Origin: Acidobacteriota bacterium
GTDB taxonomy: Bacteria > Acidobacteriota > Vicinamibacteria > Vicinamibacterales > CAVVIG01
Assembly: GCA_020850715.1 (NCBI GenBank)
Contig: JADZED010000041.1
Span: 10,623 to 74,622 of the forward strand
Length of the DNA: 64,000 bases
Direction of reading: 5' to 3'
This document shows, in pieces, positions 16,363 through 29,014 of this stretch. The notes below the pieces were generated by a model that searched no databases, was not told where the DNA came from, and saw only the letters and a program-made list of their open reading frames with translations. The translations under genes were made by a program, and so were the position numbers. The stretch's first letter is position 1. The number at the start of each line of letters is the position of its first letter.

Positions 16363-17123
16363 AACGCCTGTTGCTCGTCCTCGCGGCGGTCTCGCTCGGC
16401 GCCGGCACGAGCTTCGCGGCGACCGGACAGCATGTCCATGCCGCCTCTGCCCTTCCAGGACTCGGCGTCGTCGCGGCCTGCCTGTTCGGCCTTCTGGGCA
16501 GCACGCACTGCGCCGGCATGTGCGGTCCCCTGGTGGCGATGTATGCCAGCCAGGTCTCTGCTTCCGCGGCGCCGGTCCATCGTCAACACCTGCTGTTCAA
16601 CCTCGGGCGCGTGCTGGCGTACACCAACGGGGGCATCTTGTGCGGTGCGGCTGGATTCGTGCTGGCCACGCGCCCCTGGATCGCGGCTGTCGTCGGCATG
16701 AGCGTCGGCCTGTTCGTGCTGACCGTCGCCGGACGCCTGGTCGGGATTTCAGCGTCGAGCGGCGCCGCGCGCCCGCGCCTGATCCCGCTTGCCGCACTCG
16801 AGGCGCGAATGTATCGCGGCTGTTTGCGCGCCGCACGGTCGCCCAACATCGCGCTGCTCGGCGCGTTGCACGCGCTGCTCCCCTGTCCGCTGCTGTACGT
16901 GATGTACGCCTCCGCGGTGGCGCTCGGAGATCCGGCGCGCGGGGGCATCCTGCTGCTTGCCTTCGGCATGGGAACGGTCCCGATGCTGTGGGCGATCGGT
17001 GCGATTGGCGCCGCCTTGAAGCTCGAGCGCCGGGTCCGATGGCATCGGCTCTTCGGCTGGACGGTGGCGGCCTGGGGCGTCGTTCTGCTGATCCGGAGCG
17101 TGCAGAGCCTGCGGGCGCTCTGA
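16359..17123 (+). CDS. DsbD_2/TauE-like membrane protein with an HCxxMCGP motif (putative thiol/metal handling for oxidase biogenesis)
   Basis: Inside track ORF 15969..17123; the GTG at 16359 overlaps the sco stop (GTGA). Motifs: STHCAGMCGPLVAMY and ALLPCPLLY. About 6 TM segments. Confidence 0.6.
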   Translation: MKRLLLVLAAVSLGAGTSFAATGQHVHAASALPGLGVVAACLFGLLGSTHCAGMCGPLVAMYASQVSASAAPVHRQHLLFNLGRVLAYTNGGILCGAAGFVLATRPWIAAVVGMSVGLFVLTVAGRLVGISASSGAARPRLIPLAALEARMYRGCLRAARSPNIALLGALHALLPCPLLYVMYASAVALGDPARGGILLLAFGMGTVPMLWAIGAIGAALKLERRVRWHRLFGWTVAAWGVVLLIRSVQSLRAL

Positions 17124-17433
17124 TCGCGGGCCATGCGGGCCTGCGCAGGAGGATACGCGACGCGGCTCCCATCGTCCGGCCATCGGAGCCATCGATGACG
17201 AGCGTGAAGGGCGGGAAGTCGGGACGGAACCGCGAGACGGGAATACCCTGGTCCCGGTCTCCCGCGGAATGGGAGCGGTTGGTCCCCCAGGATCGACGCC
17301 GCGCGGACGGGCGCTGGCGTCGTGTGCCCGGGGACGCCGGATCTCGGCCGAGGACAGGCGCCGGCGCGCGCGCGCCGGCAGCCGTCCCCGGCCTCCCCGG
17401 GCTGGTCGAGCCGGGGGATGGCGGCGGCTTCGA

Positions 17434-18993
17434 TCAGCCGAGCCGCGGCTCGCGCGGGAACTTGATCGGACCCGACTTCTCGACCACCTGCCGCCACACG
17501 CGCCGGCCGACCCTGTCCGCTTCGGCCACGAGCGCGGCTTCGTCCATCGTCAGCACCTTGCCGCCGCGCATCAGGAACCGCCCGTCGACCATCGTCGACT
17601 CGATGTCCGACGACTGCCCGCAGTGCACGATCGCCGAGATGATGCGCCCGTACGGCACCGTGTTCGGCTTCATGTAGTTGAAGACGAAGAGGTCCGCTTT
17701 CTTCCCGACCGTGAGGCTGCCGATGGTCTTCTCCTGATTCACCGCCGCCGCGCCGCCCATCGTCGCGTCAGCCAGCATGTCTTCCGGCTGCGGGCGCAGC
17801 CCCGGCTTGATGTCGCTCGTCCGGGAAACGCGCTCGGTGACCAGCGCGATGCGCATCACCTGGAAGACGTCGTTGGTGTTGTTGTCGGTGCCGTTGGCGA
17901 TCACGCAGCCGGCCGCGCGCAGCTTTGCAATCGGCGGGATGACGCCGCGGTTGCCGGCCATGTTGGCCTGGTGCGAGATGATGCAGTGGTTGCTGCCGAG
18001 CAGCGCGATGTCCTCGTCGCTGAGATAGCGGCCGTGGCCGACGAAGAACCGCGGCCCGAGAAAGCCGGCCCGCGCGAGAAACTGCGTCGGCGATTCGCCC
18101 TGCCCCTGCCACTTGCGGACGAAGTCGTTTTCCCAGGTCGTCTGGGACAGGTGCAGCGTGTAGCCCAGGTCGTGCTTGTCGGCGAAGTCGCGAATCTGCT
18201 TCAACGCGACGAGCGACGTCGATTCGGCAAGCCCGCCGGATGGAAACACGCTGACGCGGCCATTTTCCTTGCCGTGCCACCTGCTGTAGCCGTCGTTGAT
18301 GCGCTGGAGCCCTTCAGCGCGCAGCTTCTCGGAGAAGCGCGGCGCTTCCTTCATGTCCCTGAGCGTCTCGAGCGTCATCGGGCCCGACATGTTCTCCGCA
18401 TCGCGGATCGACTCGAGGAACACGCAGCGCAGGCCGCTCGGGATGAGCCCGGGGCCGTCACCGGAAGTGCTGCCGGCGACCACGGTGGTCGTGCCGCTCC
18501 GGATGGATTCGAGCGCCGCGATCTGCACCATCAGCGTGGATTCGCCGGGCTGGAGATAGCTGCTCGGGCTGGCCGCGAGCTTGTAGCTGTTCGGGAACCC
18601 GAAGTCCTCGTTGTAGCCGCGCTCGAGGACCGCGCCCAGGTGCCCGTGGCAGTTGACGAGGCCCGGCAGGATCACCTTGCCGCGCCCGTCGTACTGATCC
18701 GCGTTCGGATACTTCTGAAGGATGGCGTCGGTCGGGCCGATGTCGGCGATCGTATCGCCCACGACCGCGAGCGCGACGTCTTCCTGCGTCAGATCGGGAT
18801 TGGCGACGATCGTGTGCGTGAACACGATGGGCCGCGCGGCGGGTGGCGCCTGCCGCGCTTCGACGCCGCCGGACTCGAAGAAGAGCGCCGCGGCGCCGGC
18901 GCCCGCTCCGGCCAGCAGTTGGCGGCGTGTCAGGTTGACGGAAGGCCCGGACGCGGGCGAAGACGACGAGCGGCGCTTGTTCCGTTTGCGCAT
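17434..18993 (-). CDS. Amidohydrolase-superfamily protein with a Tat signal
   Basis: Track ORF 17434..19203; the start is moved to the ATG at 18993 (AGGAGG 8 nt upstream). Tat-like signal: TRRQLLAGAGAGAAALFF. Metal-binding motif: LVNCHGHLG. The length and pattern fit a chlorohydrolase/deaminase-type amidohydrolase. Confidence 0.75.
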   Translation of the reverse strand: MRKRNKRRSSSSPASGPSVNLTRRQLLAGAGAGAAALFFESGGVEARQAPPAARPIVFTHTIVANPDLTQEDVALAVVGDTIADIGPTDAILQKYPNADQYDGRGKVILPGLVNCHGHLGAVLERGYNEDFGFPNSYKLAASPSSYLQPGESTLMVQIAALESIRSGTTTVVAGSTSGDGPGLIPSGLRCVFLESIRDAENMSGPMTLETLRDMKEAPRFSEKLRAEGLQRINDGYSRWHGKENGRVSVFPSGGLAESTSLVALKQIRDFADKHDLGYTLHLSQTTWENDFVRKWQGQGESPTQFLARAGFLGPRFFVGHGRYLSDEDIALLGSNHCIISHQANMAGNRGVIPPIAKLRAAGCVIANGTDNNTNDVFQVMRIALVTERVSRTSDIKPGLRPQPEDMLADATMGGAAAVNQEKTIGSLTVGKKADLFVFNYMKPNTVPYGRIISAIVHCGQSSDIESTMVDGRFLMRGGKVLTMDEAALVAEADRVGRRVWRQVVEKSGPIKFPREPRLG

Positions 18994-19262
18994 ATATGGC
19001 CTCCTGGCGGCGGAATCGTTGTCTGTCGAGGCGCTCATTATGGACCAGGCGACGGCGTGTTCGCACCGGGGCAGTGCCCGCGGATTGGCGCCGTGCCGCC
19101 GGGCGGCGGCGCCCGCCGGGTGGAGACTGCAGCGGCGGGGCGTGTCTCGCGGCGCGGCGCGCACGGCGTGGCAACGGCTGGGCTCGCTCGTGCTCCGCGG
19201 CACGCCGGGGCCGCGCCTTGGTAGACTCGGGACTTGCCGCCTGCCGGGCGCCGAGGGGCCAC

Positions 19263-22385
<3,123 letters not shown>

Positions 22386-22389
22386 AAGG

Positions 22390-23217
22390 ATGCGGGCGTT
22401 GGCGCACGAGGTCGACCTGGAGATCAGGCTGCTGCTGGACGCGATCTACCACCGGTACCAGCACGACTTCCGTGATTACGCCGTGGCGTCGCTCAGACGC
22501 CGGCTGGCGCAGGCGGTCGAGCATCTGGGCTGCCTGAGCGTCTCCGGCCTGCAGGAGCGCGTCCTGCACGATCCGACGGCCTTCCCCTCCGTCCTGCAGT
22601 ACCTGACGGTACCGGTCAGCGACATGTTTCGCGATCCGTGGTACTTCCGCGCCGTTCGCGAGCACGTCGTCCCGGTGCTCCGGACCTATCCGTCGATCAA
22701 GCTGTGGATCGCGGGCTGCGGCCACGGCGAGGAGGTGTACTCGTTCGCGATCGTGCTCGCCGAAGAGGGGATGCTCGATCGGACGCTCATCTACGCGACC
22801 GACATCAACCCGGCGGGCCTCGAGGCGGCCCAGGCCGGCATCTACCCTCTGGATCGCTTCCGCCGGTTCACCGAGAATCACCGGCGCGCGGGCGGGAAGA
22901 GCTCGTTGTCGGCCTACTATCGGGCGGCATACGGCTCGGCGGCGATCGACAAGCGCCTGAAGAAGCGGATCGTCTTCTCCGACCACAGCCTGGCCACCGA
23001 CAGCGCCTTCGGCGAAGTGCAGTTCGTCTCGTGTCGCAACGTGCTCATCTACTTCAACCGCACGCTTCAGGACCGTGCGGTGGGCCTGTTTCACGATTCG
23101 CTGTGCCGGCGAGGGTTCCTGGGGCTCGGCGCGAAGGAGAGCCTGCGCTTCACCGCCCACGCGGCGGCCTTCGCCGAGGTCGAACACGACGCGCGCATCT
23201 ACCAGCGGAAGGCCTGA
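22390..23217 (+). CDS. cheR: CheR-type protein-glutamate O-methyltransferase
   Basis: 275 aa. Motifs: LWIAGCGHGEEVYSFAIVL (SAM-binding region typical of CheR) and FVSCRNVLIYFN. Confidence 0.85.
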   Translation: MRALAHEVDLEIRLLLDAIYHRYQHDFRDYAVASLRRRLAQAVEHLGCLSVSGLQERVLHDPTAFPSVLQYLTVPVSDMFRDPWYFRAVREHVVPVLRTYPSIKLWIAGCGHGEEVYSFAIVLAEEGMLDRTLIYATDINPAGLEAAQAGIYPLDRFRRFTENHRRAGGKSSLSAYYRAAYGSAAIDKRLKKRIVFSDHSLATDSAFGEVQFVSCRNVLIYFNRTLQDRAVGLFHDSLCRRGFLGLGAKESLRFTAHAAAFAEVEHDARIYQRKA

Positions 23218-23820
23218 ATGATCGACACCGCGCGGATCGACGCAATCGTGGTCGGCGGATCGGCGGGGGCGTTCACCGTGCTGTCGTCGCTGCTGCCCGC
23301 CCTCGGTCCCGCCCCGCGCGTGCCCGTGCTCGTCGTCCTCCACCTCCCGCCCGACCGGCCGAGCGCGGCGGCTGCGGCGTTGGGCGGCCGGGGACAGCGC
23401 GTGAAGGAGGCGGAAGACAAGGAGCGGATCGAGGCGGGCGTCATCTACTTCGCCCCGCCCGGCTATCACCTGCTCGTCGAGCCCGATCGTTCGCTGGCGC
23501 TGGCCTTCGATGAACCGGTGCACCATTCACGGCCTTCGATCGACGTGCTGTTCGAATCGGCGGCCGACGCGTTCGGCGAGGGTCTGCTCGGCGTGATCCT
23601 GAGCGGCGCCAACGAGGACGGCGCGGCCGGGCTCGGCGCGATAAGCGCGCGCGGCGGTCTCACGGTCGTGCAACGGCCGGATACGGCCGAACATCCGTTC
23701 ATGCCGGCCGCAGCCCTGCGGGCCGCGCCGGCGAGCGCCGCCCTGTCGGTCGACGAGCTTCGGTCGATCTTCGCCGGATTCGACACGCCCTCGCGCGACC
23801 GTGGAGCTCTCGATGACTGA
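23218..23820 (+). CDS. cheB: CheB-type methylesterase, catalytic domain only (no receiver)
   Basis: 200 aa. Motifs: IVVGGSAGAFTVL, YFAPPGYHLLVE, HHSRPSIDVLFESAA, GVILSGANEDGAAGL. The start immediately follows the cheR stop. Confidence 0.8.
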   Translation: MIDTARIDAIVVGGSAGAFTVLSSLLPALGPAPRVPVLVVLHLPPDRPSAAAAALGGRGQRVKEAEDKERIEAGVIYFAPPGYHLLVEPDRSLALAFDEPVHHSRPSIDVLFESAADAFGEGLLGVILSGANEDGAAGLGAISARGGLTVVQRPDTAEHPFMPAAALRAAPASAALSVDELRSIFAGFDTPSRDRGALDD

Positions 23821-24985
23821 TCCCGTGAAGTTCCTGCTCGTCGACGACGTCGACGACAACCTCGTGGCGCTCTCCGGCCTGCTCGAACGGCCCGGCGTCG
23901 AGCTGCACACGGCGCGCTCGGGCGTCGAAGCGCTCGACCGCGTGCTCGACCACGACTTCGCGCTCGTGCTGCTCGACGTCCAGATGCCCGGGATGGACGG
24001 GTTCGAGGTGGCCGAGCTGATGCGCGGAGCCGAGCGGTCCAGGCACGTGCCGATCATCTTCATCACGGCCGGCGCGCGCGAGCCGCATCGCGTGTTCAAG
24101 GGGTACGAGAGCGGGGCGGTCGACTTCCTGTTCAAGCCGATCGACCCCGGGATTCTCCAGCACAAGGCCGGCGTCTTCTTCGAGCTCTACCGGCAGCGCC
24201 AGCAGCTCGCCCGGCAGGTGACCGAGCGCGAGCAGATGCTGGCACGCCTGTCGGAGACGCTGCGGCTGAACGAGACGTTCGCGGCCGTCCTCGGCCACGA
24301 TCTGCGCAACCCGCTGAGCGCAATCATGGCGGGCGCGACGCTGCTGGCCCACCGCTCGAGCGATGCGCCGACGACGGCAGTCGCGAACAGGATCCTCGCG
24401 AGCGGATCCCGGATGGGCGTGATGATCGAGCAGCTCCTCGATCTGTCGCGCGCGCGGCTGGGCGGCGGCATCTCGATCGCCCGCGCCGAGGTCGACCTGC
24501 GCGCGGTTGCCGAGAAGGTGGCGGCGGAGCTGCGCGACGGCCATCCCGATCGCACGCTGTCGCTCGAAGCGGCCGGCGATCTGCACGGGTCCTGGGACGC
24601 GCCGCGCCTGGCGCAGGCGCTGTCGAACCTGGCGGCCAATGCGCTGCAGCACGGCGACGGCGGCGGACCGGTGTGCGTGCTCCTCGACGGCCGCGATCCG
24701 GACACCGTGTCTGTCTGCGTCAAGAACGCCGGCGTGATCGCGCCGGCGGCGCTGGAGCACCTGTTCGAGCCGTTCAGGCCCGGCCGCGGCACGCGGCCCG
24801 GTTCGCGTGGCCTCGGACTCGGGTTGTACATCGTCGATCAGATCGTGAAGGCGCACGAGGGCGCCATCCATGTGGGCTCGACCGCAGCCGACGGGACCAT
24901 CTTCGAGGTCCGGCTGCCCCGAACGCCGGCAGGCGGAGCCGCGCTTGGTCCGCGGCCCGGCCACGATCGCGGCGATCGGCTCTGA
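23813..24985 (+). CDS. Response-regulator receiver fused to a histidine kinase (REC-HisKA-HATPase)
   Basis: Track ORF 23801..24985; the ATG at 23813 overlaps the cheB stop. Motifs: KFLLVDDVDDNL...LLDVQMPGMDG; H-box AVLGHDLRNPLS; GLGLGLYIV. Confidence 0.85.
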   Translation: MTDPVKFLLVDDVDDNLVALSGLLERPGVELHTARSGVEALDRVLDHDFALVLLDVQMPGMDGFEVAELMRGAERSRHVPIIFITAGAREPHRVFKGYESGAVDFLFKPIDPGILQHKAGVFFELYRQRQQLARQVTEREQMLARLSETLRLNETFAAVLGHDLRNPLSAIMAGATLLAHRSSDAPTTAVANRILASGSRMGVMIEQLLDLSRARLGGGISIARAEVDLRAVAEKVAAELRDGHPDRTLSLEAAGDLHGSWDAPRLAQALSNLAANALQHGDGGGPVCVLLDGRDPDTVSVCVKNAGVIAPAALEHLFEPFRPGRGTRPGSRGLGLGLYIVDQIVKAHEGAIHVGSTAADGTIFEVRLPRTPAGGAALGPRPGHDRGDRL

Positions 24986-25195
24986 CCCGGGCCGGCCAAG
25001 CGCGGGACTCCGGCTTCAGACTGGGCGCTCCGGCGCCCCACCGGCGCGGCGGAATACGCCAGGTCGACGCCGCGGCTGGCCGCGGACATCCCGGCGATCT
25101 GCTGCGTGACGTGCTGCCCGCGCCGATTCGCGGCGCGTCCGATCCGGTCGCCGTGGCCGCCGCGAAGTGAATCCGGCGCCGCGCGCAGTCGCCAT

Positions 25196-25225
25196 TTGAC
25201 GCGGCTCGGCGCAGCCGCGGATAAT
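25196..25225 (+). promoter_or_regulatory. Putative sigma-70-like promoter for the DUF882 gene
   Basis: TTGACG (25196-25201), an 18-nt spacer, then GATAAT (25220-25225), which lies 11 nt upstream of the ATG at 25237. Pattern match only. Confidence 0.3.
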
Positions 25226-25236
25226 GGCGCGCCGGC

Positions 25237-25776
25237 ATGTTGCAGCGATCCCGCCGCGCGTTTCTCTCGACCGTGCTCGCCGGTGTGCCTGTCGCCCTCG
25301 CCGTGCCGCGGCGCCTGCTGGCCGGACCGGCGGGCACCCGCGCGCTCCGCTTCGCGCACACCCACACCGGCGAGCGTCTCGCAGTCGAGTACTTCAGCGG
25401 CGGCGCCTACCTGCCCGACGCGCTGGCGGCGGTCGACCGCTTCCTCCGCGATTTCCGCACGGGCGACGTGCACGCCATCGATCCGCGGCTGCTCGACCTG
25501 CTGCACCGCCTGGCGGCGGCGACCGATACGACCCGGCCGTTTCAGGTGATCTCCGGCTACAGGTCGCCGGCGACCAACGAGATGTTGCGGCGCCGCAGCG
25601 AGGGCGTCGCCGCCGGCAGCCTGCACCAGGTCGGCCAGGCCATCGACATCCGCCTCGCGGACGTGCCGCTCTCCCATCTGCAGAAGGCCGCGCTCGACGC
25701 CGGGCGCGGGGGGGTCGGCTATTACCCCGCGTCCGATTTCGTCCACGTCGACACCGGCCGCGTCCGCCGCTGGTGA
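25237..25776 (+). CDS. DUF882 / peptidase M15A family protein (YcbK/MepK-like peptidoglycan endopeptidase), Tat signal
   Basis: 179 aa. Motifs: SRRAFLSTVLAG, FQVISGYRSPATNE, SLHQVGQAIDI, SDFVHVDTG. Confidence 0.85.
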   Translation: MLQRSRRAFLSTVLAGVPVALAVPRRLLAGPAGTRALRFAHTHTGERLAVEYFSGGAYLPDALAAVDRFLRDFRTGDVHAIDPRLLDLLHRLAAATDTTRPFQVISGYRSPATNEMLRRRSEGVAAGSLHQVGQAIDIRLADVPLSHLQKAALDAGRGGVGYYPASDFVHVDTGRVRRW

Positions 25777-27422
25777 ACCCGCTCGAGCGCCTGCTCGAGC
25801 CGCGAGTCGTGGCGGTAGATGTCGTCGGCAAACCGCATCGTGTCGTCCTCGGGCATGACCGCGGCCGTCGTGTAGAACAGGAACACCTGGATCGGCCGCG
25901 GCAGCGCAACCCACGTCGTCTCCTGCCCCATCGTCGCCGCGACGATGCGTGCGCGGGTCCATTCCGGCAGATCCCGCAGCACCCACTCGGCGAGCGCGAC
26001 CGGGTCGACGACGCGCACGCAGCCGTGGCTGAAGTCGCGGCGGCTCCGGCTGAACAGCGCCCGCGCCGGCGTGCCGTGTATGTAGATGTCGTCCCGGTTC
26101 GGAAAGACGAACTTGATCAGGCCGAGCGCGTTGTTCGGACCCGGACGCTGGCGCACGCGCAGCCTGCCCGCGCGCAGCCCGGCGATCGCCGCGGGCGTGA
26201 GGGCGACGGGCCGATCGTCGCCGCCGACGATCTCCATGTCTTCGCGGCGCAGGTACTCGGGATCCCGCTGGATCGCCGGCAGCACTTCCTTCAGGAGAAT
26301 CGAACGCGGGACATTCCAATACGGCCGGAAGACCACGTCCTGCAGCTCCGCGGCCATCACCGGCGTCTCGGTGCTGAGCGCACGCCCGACGATCGCGTCC
26401 ATGCCGAAGGCCGGCACGCCGGCCGGCGGTGCGGCATTCCAGGCCCACAGGCGGAACATCGGGATGTTCAGCGCGATGAAGCGCTCGGCGCCCAGATGCG
26501 GCAGCCAGCGCAGCCGCTCGAGCGCCAGCTCGATCTGGCGGACGCGCCAGGCCAGCGGCACGCCGAGCTCGGCCATCGTCCTGCGCCCGATCACGCCGTC
26601 GACCGCAAGGCCGTGGCGAACCTGGAATCGCTCGATGCCTTCGACAAGCGCGCCCTGGTAGCGGCTGTCGGGAGAAGGCGCCGCAGGAGTCGACAGATCC
26701 CCGAGCGCGATCAACAGCCGGCGCAGCGCGTCGATGTCGTCGTAGGCGTCGCCGGGCCGGATCGCGCGCGCCGCCGCGCGCGGCGGCACCAGCGCCGGGT
26801 TGGCGGCGAGAGCCCGGTAGCGGGGCAGCCACGCTCGGAGCAGCCGATATTGTGCGAGCGGCGGCCTCAAGTCGACGGCGAGCTTCCCCACCTGGCCGTC
26901 GGCGAGCGCGCCTCCGAGCAGAAGGGCCAGATCGTCCTGGTCGTGCGGCGTGGGCAGGAGGAAGCCGATGGACCTCGGATCGATCCATCCCATGTGAAGA
27001 TCGCGCAGGTAGCGCAGCATGCCGGCGCTGAGGGCGACATCGAGCCGTGCGAGATCCTGCGGCGCGAGCGTGCCCGCTTCCGCTCCGGGCAGCAGGCCGG
27101 CGACGAGGCTCTGGAAGTAGTCGGCCGGATCGAGTCCATCGTCGGATGCGCCGTTCAACACCGCCAGCGCGTCGCGTACGTTGCGGGTCGGCCGTCCGTC
27201 GGTATCGAGCCATTTCGCCGCGCCGGCCGGGCCATACAGCTCGTTCAGCTCTGCGCGCTCGATCGCCGAGACATATCCGAGCGCATCGCCGCGCCCGGCC
27301 GCCAGGGCGGCGATGAACCCATCGAGGTCCGGCCTGCGCGGCAGCGCCTGCGCACCCGAGTGCGCCGGCCACGAGAGCGCCGCCAACAGCGACAGGAGCG
27401 CGCCAACCAGTCTTCGACTCAC
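25722..27422 (-). CDS. YcbB/LdtD-type L,D-transpeptidase (PG-binding domain plus YkuD domain)
   Basis: Track ORF 25722..27725; the start is moved to the GTG at 27422, just before the signal peptide (VSRRLVGALLSLLAALSWPAHSGAQA). PG-binding: IERFQVRHGLAVDGVIG. Catalytic motif: IYIHGT...FSHGCVRV. Confidence 0.8.
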   Translation of the reverse strand: MSRRLVGALLSLLAALSWPAHSGAQALPRRPDLDGFIAALAAGRGDALGYVSAIERAELNELYGPAGAAKWLDTDGRPTRNVRDALAVLNGASDDGLDPADYFQSLVAGLLPGAEAGTLAPQDLARLDVALSAGMLRYLRDLHMGWIDPRSIGFLLPTPHDQDDLALLLGGALADGQVGKLAVDLRPPLAQYRLLRAWLPRYRALAANPALVPPRAAARAIRPGDAYDDIDALRRLLIALGDLSTPAAPSPDSRYQGALVEGIERFQVRHGLAVDGVIGRRTMAELGVPLAWRVRQIELALERLRWLPHLGAERFIALNIPMFRLWAWNAAPPAGVPAFGMDAIVGRALSTETPVMAAELQDVVFRPYWNVPRSILLKEVLPAIQRDPEYLRREDMEIVGGDDRPVALTPAAIAGLRAGRLRVRQRPGPNNALGLIKFVFPNRDDIYIHGTPARALFSRSRRDFSHGCVRVVDPVALAEWVLRDLPEWTRARIVAATMGQETTWVALPRPIQVFLFYTTAAVMPEDDTMRFADDIYRHDSRLEQALERVHQRRTRPVSTWTKSDAG

Positions 27423-27669
27423 GCCATCGGCCTCTGAAACACGATTGTCCGTCCCCTGTCGAGATGCAAGAATCCGGCCGCGGGCGGGCGTCGTCCACTG
27501 CCAGGATCCAACACCGCTGAGTTGCGCGGCAGCGTGTCGGCAAGGCTGACGGCATCGGTGCTCGACCTTCCGAACGCGCCGGAGCCACCCCTCACCCGCG
27601 AACGTGCCGTGATAGATTTGGAACACTTGCAGCAGTCGATGTGAACCATCAGCGGAGAACCTGTCAACC

Positions 27670-28227
27670 GTGAATGCCATCGAAGCAATGTCAGCCGAAC
27701 ATCGGATGATCGAACACGTCGTCAACGCCCTGTCGGAGGCGGTGGATCAGCAACGGCGGCTCGACGTCGACACGCTCCACAGCGTCGTGGAGTTCCTGGG
27801 CACGTATGCCGATCGACGCCACCACGAACGCGAGGAGGCGTTGTTCTTTCCGCTCCTGGTCCGGCGGGGAGTGCCGCCGCAGGGGTGCCCGATCGGGGGA
27901 TTGAACAACGACCACGCCAAGGGGCGCGCGCTCGTGGCGACGCTCGCAGACCAGATCCCCGCTTACGCGCAGCAACATCCGGACGCGGAAAGGGCCCTGC
28001 GTCAGACGCTCGGCGATATTGCCAGGCTCTATCGCCATCATCTCTGGATGGAGGACGCGATGGTCTTTCCGATGGCGGAAAGACTCGTCTCCGAGGACGA
28101 TCATCAGGAGTTGCTGGCGAAGTTCATCGACCTGGACCGCGTCATCGGGCCGGCGGTCGTCGCCAGGCTGGAACGATTCGCCGACACCATCTCATTCCCT
28201 GCCGGCGGAACGGGCACGGCCGGATGA
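27670..28227 (+). CDS. Hemerythrin HHE cation-binding domain protein
   Basis: 185 aa. Motifs: EHRMIEHV, RRHHEREEALFFPLL, NDHAKG, HHLWMEDAMVFPM. The start could instead be the ATG at 27688. Confidence 0.75.
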   Translation: MNAIEAMSAEHRMIEHVVNALSEAVDQQRRLDVDTLHSVVEFLGTYADRRHHEREEALFFPLLVRRGVPPQGCPIGGLNNDHAKGRALVATLADQIPAYAQQHPDAERALRQTLGDIARLYRHHLWMEDAMVFPMAERLVSEDDHQELLAKFIDLDRVIGPAVVARLERFADTISFPAGGTGTAG

Positions 28228-28296
28228 CGCGCGGCCGGACCGAGCCGCCTTCAGCCGGGTCGTGTTCCGTCGGGCGGTGAAGAAGCAGCGCGCGGA

Positions 28297-28791
28297 GTGC
28301 TTCCTGCCGAGCCGTTCACCGCGCTGACCGATTACGCGCTCGCCGCGGCCGCCCTTGGCTTTGCCGTGGCGGCGGCGCGGTCGAGAGGCGCGCACAACCG
28401 CGTATCGGCATGGCTCTGGTGCGCGGCGTTTGTCGCCGCGGCAGTCGCGGCGGCAGTCGGAGGCACGTACCACGGCCTTCACGGACGGCTCGACGCCCGG
28501 AGACTCGATGCGCTCTGGAACATCACGGTCTTCGCGATGGGCGGGTGCGCGGCCTTCATCGTCGCCGGCATCCACACGGCGGACCTCACACGCGGTGGCG
28601 ACACGATCGGCTGGCTGATCGCCGCGATCGCAACCACCCTCGCAGGCGCCGCGGTGCAGCAGCTGGGCGTGCCGGGGCTGGCCGGGTGGAACAGGAATGC
28701 GATGTATCACCTGATCCAGATCGCCGGACTGTATCTGTTCCATCGCAGCGCCCGGACCGTACGCGACCGCCCGGGCGCGCCCGCCTGCTGA
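28297..28791 (+). CDS. Hypothetical polytopic membrane protein
   Basis: 164 aa with about 5 hydrophobic segments and no recognisable motif. Confidence 0.5.
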   Translation: MLPAEPFTALTDYALAAAALGFAVAAARSRGAHNRVSAWLWCAAFVAAAVAAAVGGTYHGLHGRLDARRLDALWNITVFAMGGCAAFIVAGIHTADLTRGGDTIGWLIAAIATTLAGAAVQQLGVPGLAGWNRNAMYHLIQIAGLYLFHRSARTVRDRPGAPAC

Positions 28792-29014
28792 TTCGAGCGG
28801 AAACGGGGAACAGCTGCCGGCGTCCGGGCCGATCGGCCGCGAATCGTCAAGCCGGTGGGCGGCCGCGCATGCCGCTCCGATGCGTGGGCCAAGGTGAGCG
28901 CCGCTGGTTCCTGCCAGGGGCGCCGCGCCGGTCTGCAGGCCAATCGGCGCAGACCATCTTTGTCGACCTCACTTTGCGGTCCCCGCGGCAGGCCTGCAGG
29001 CTCGCACGACAGCC

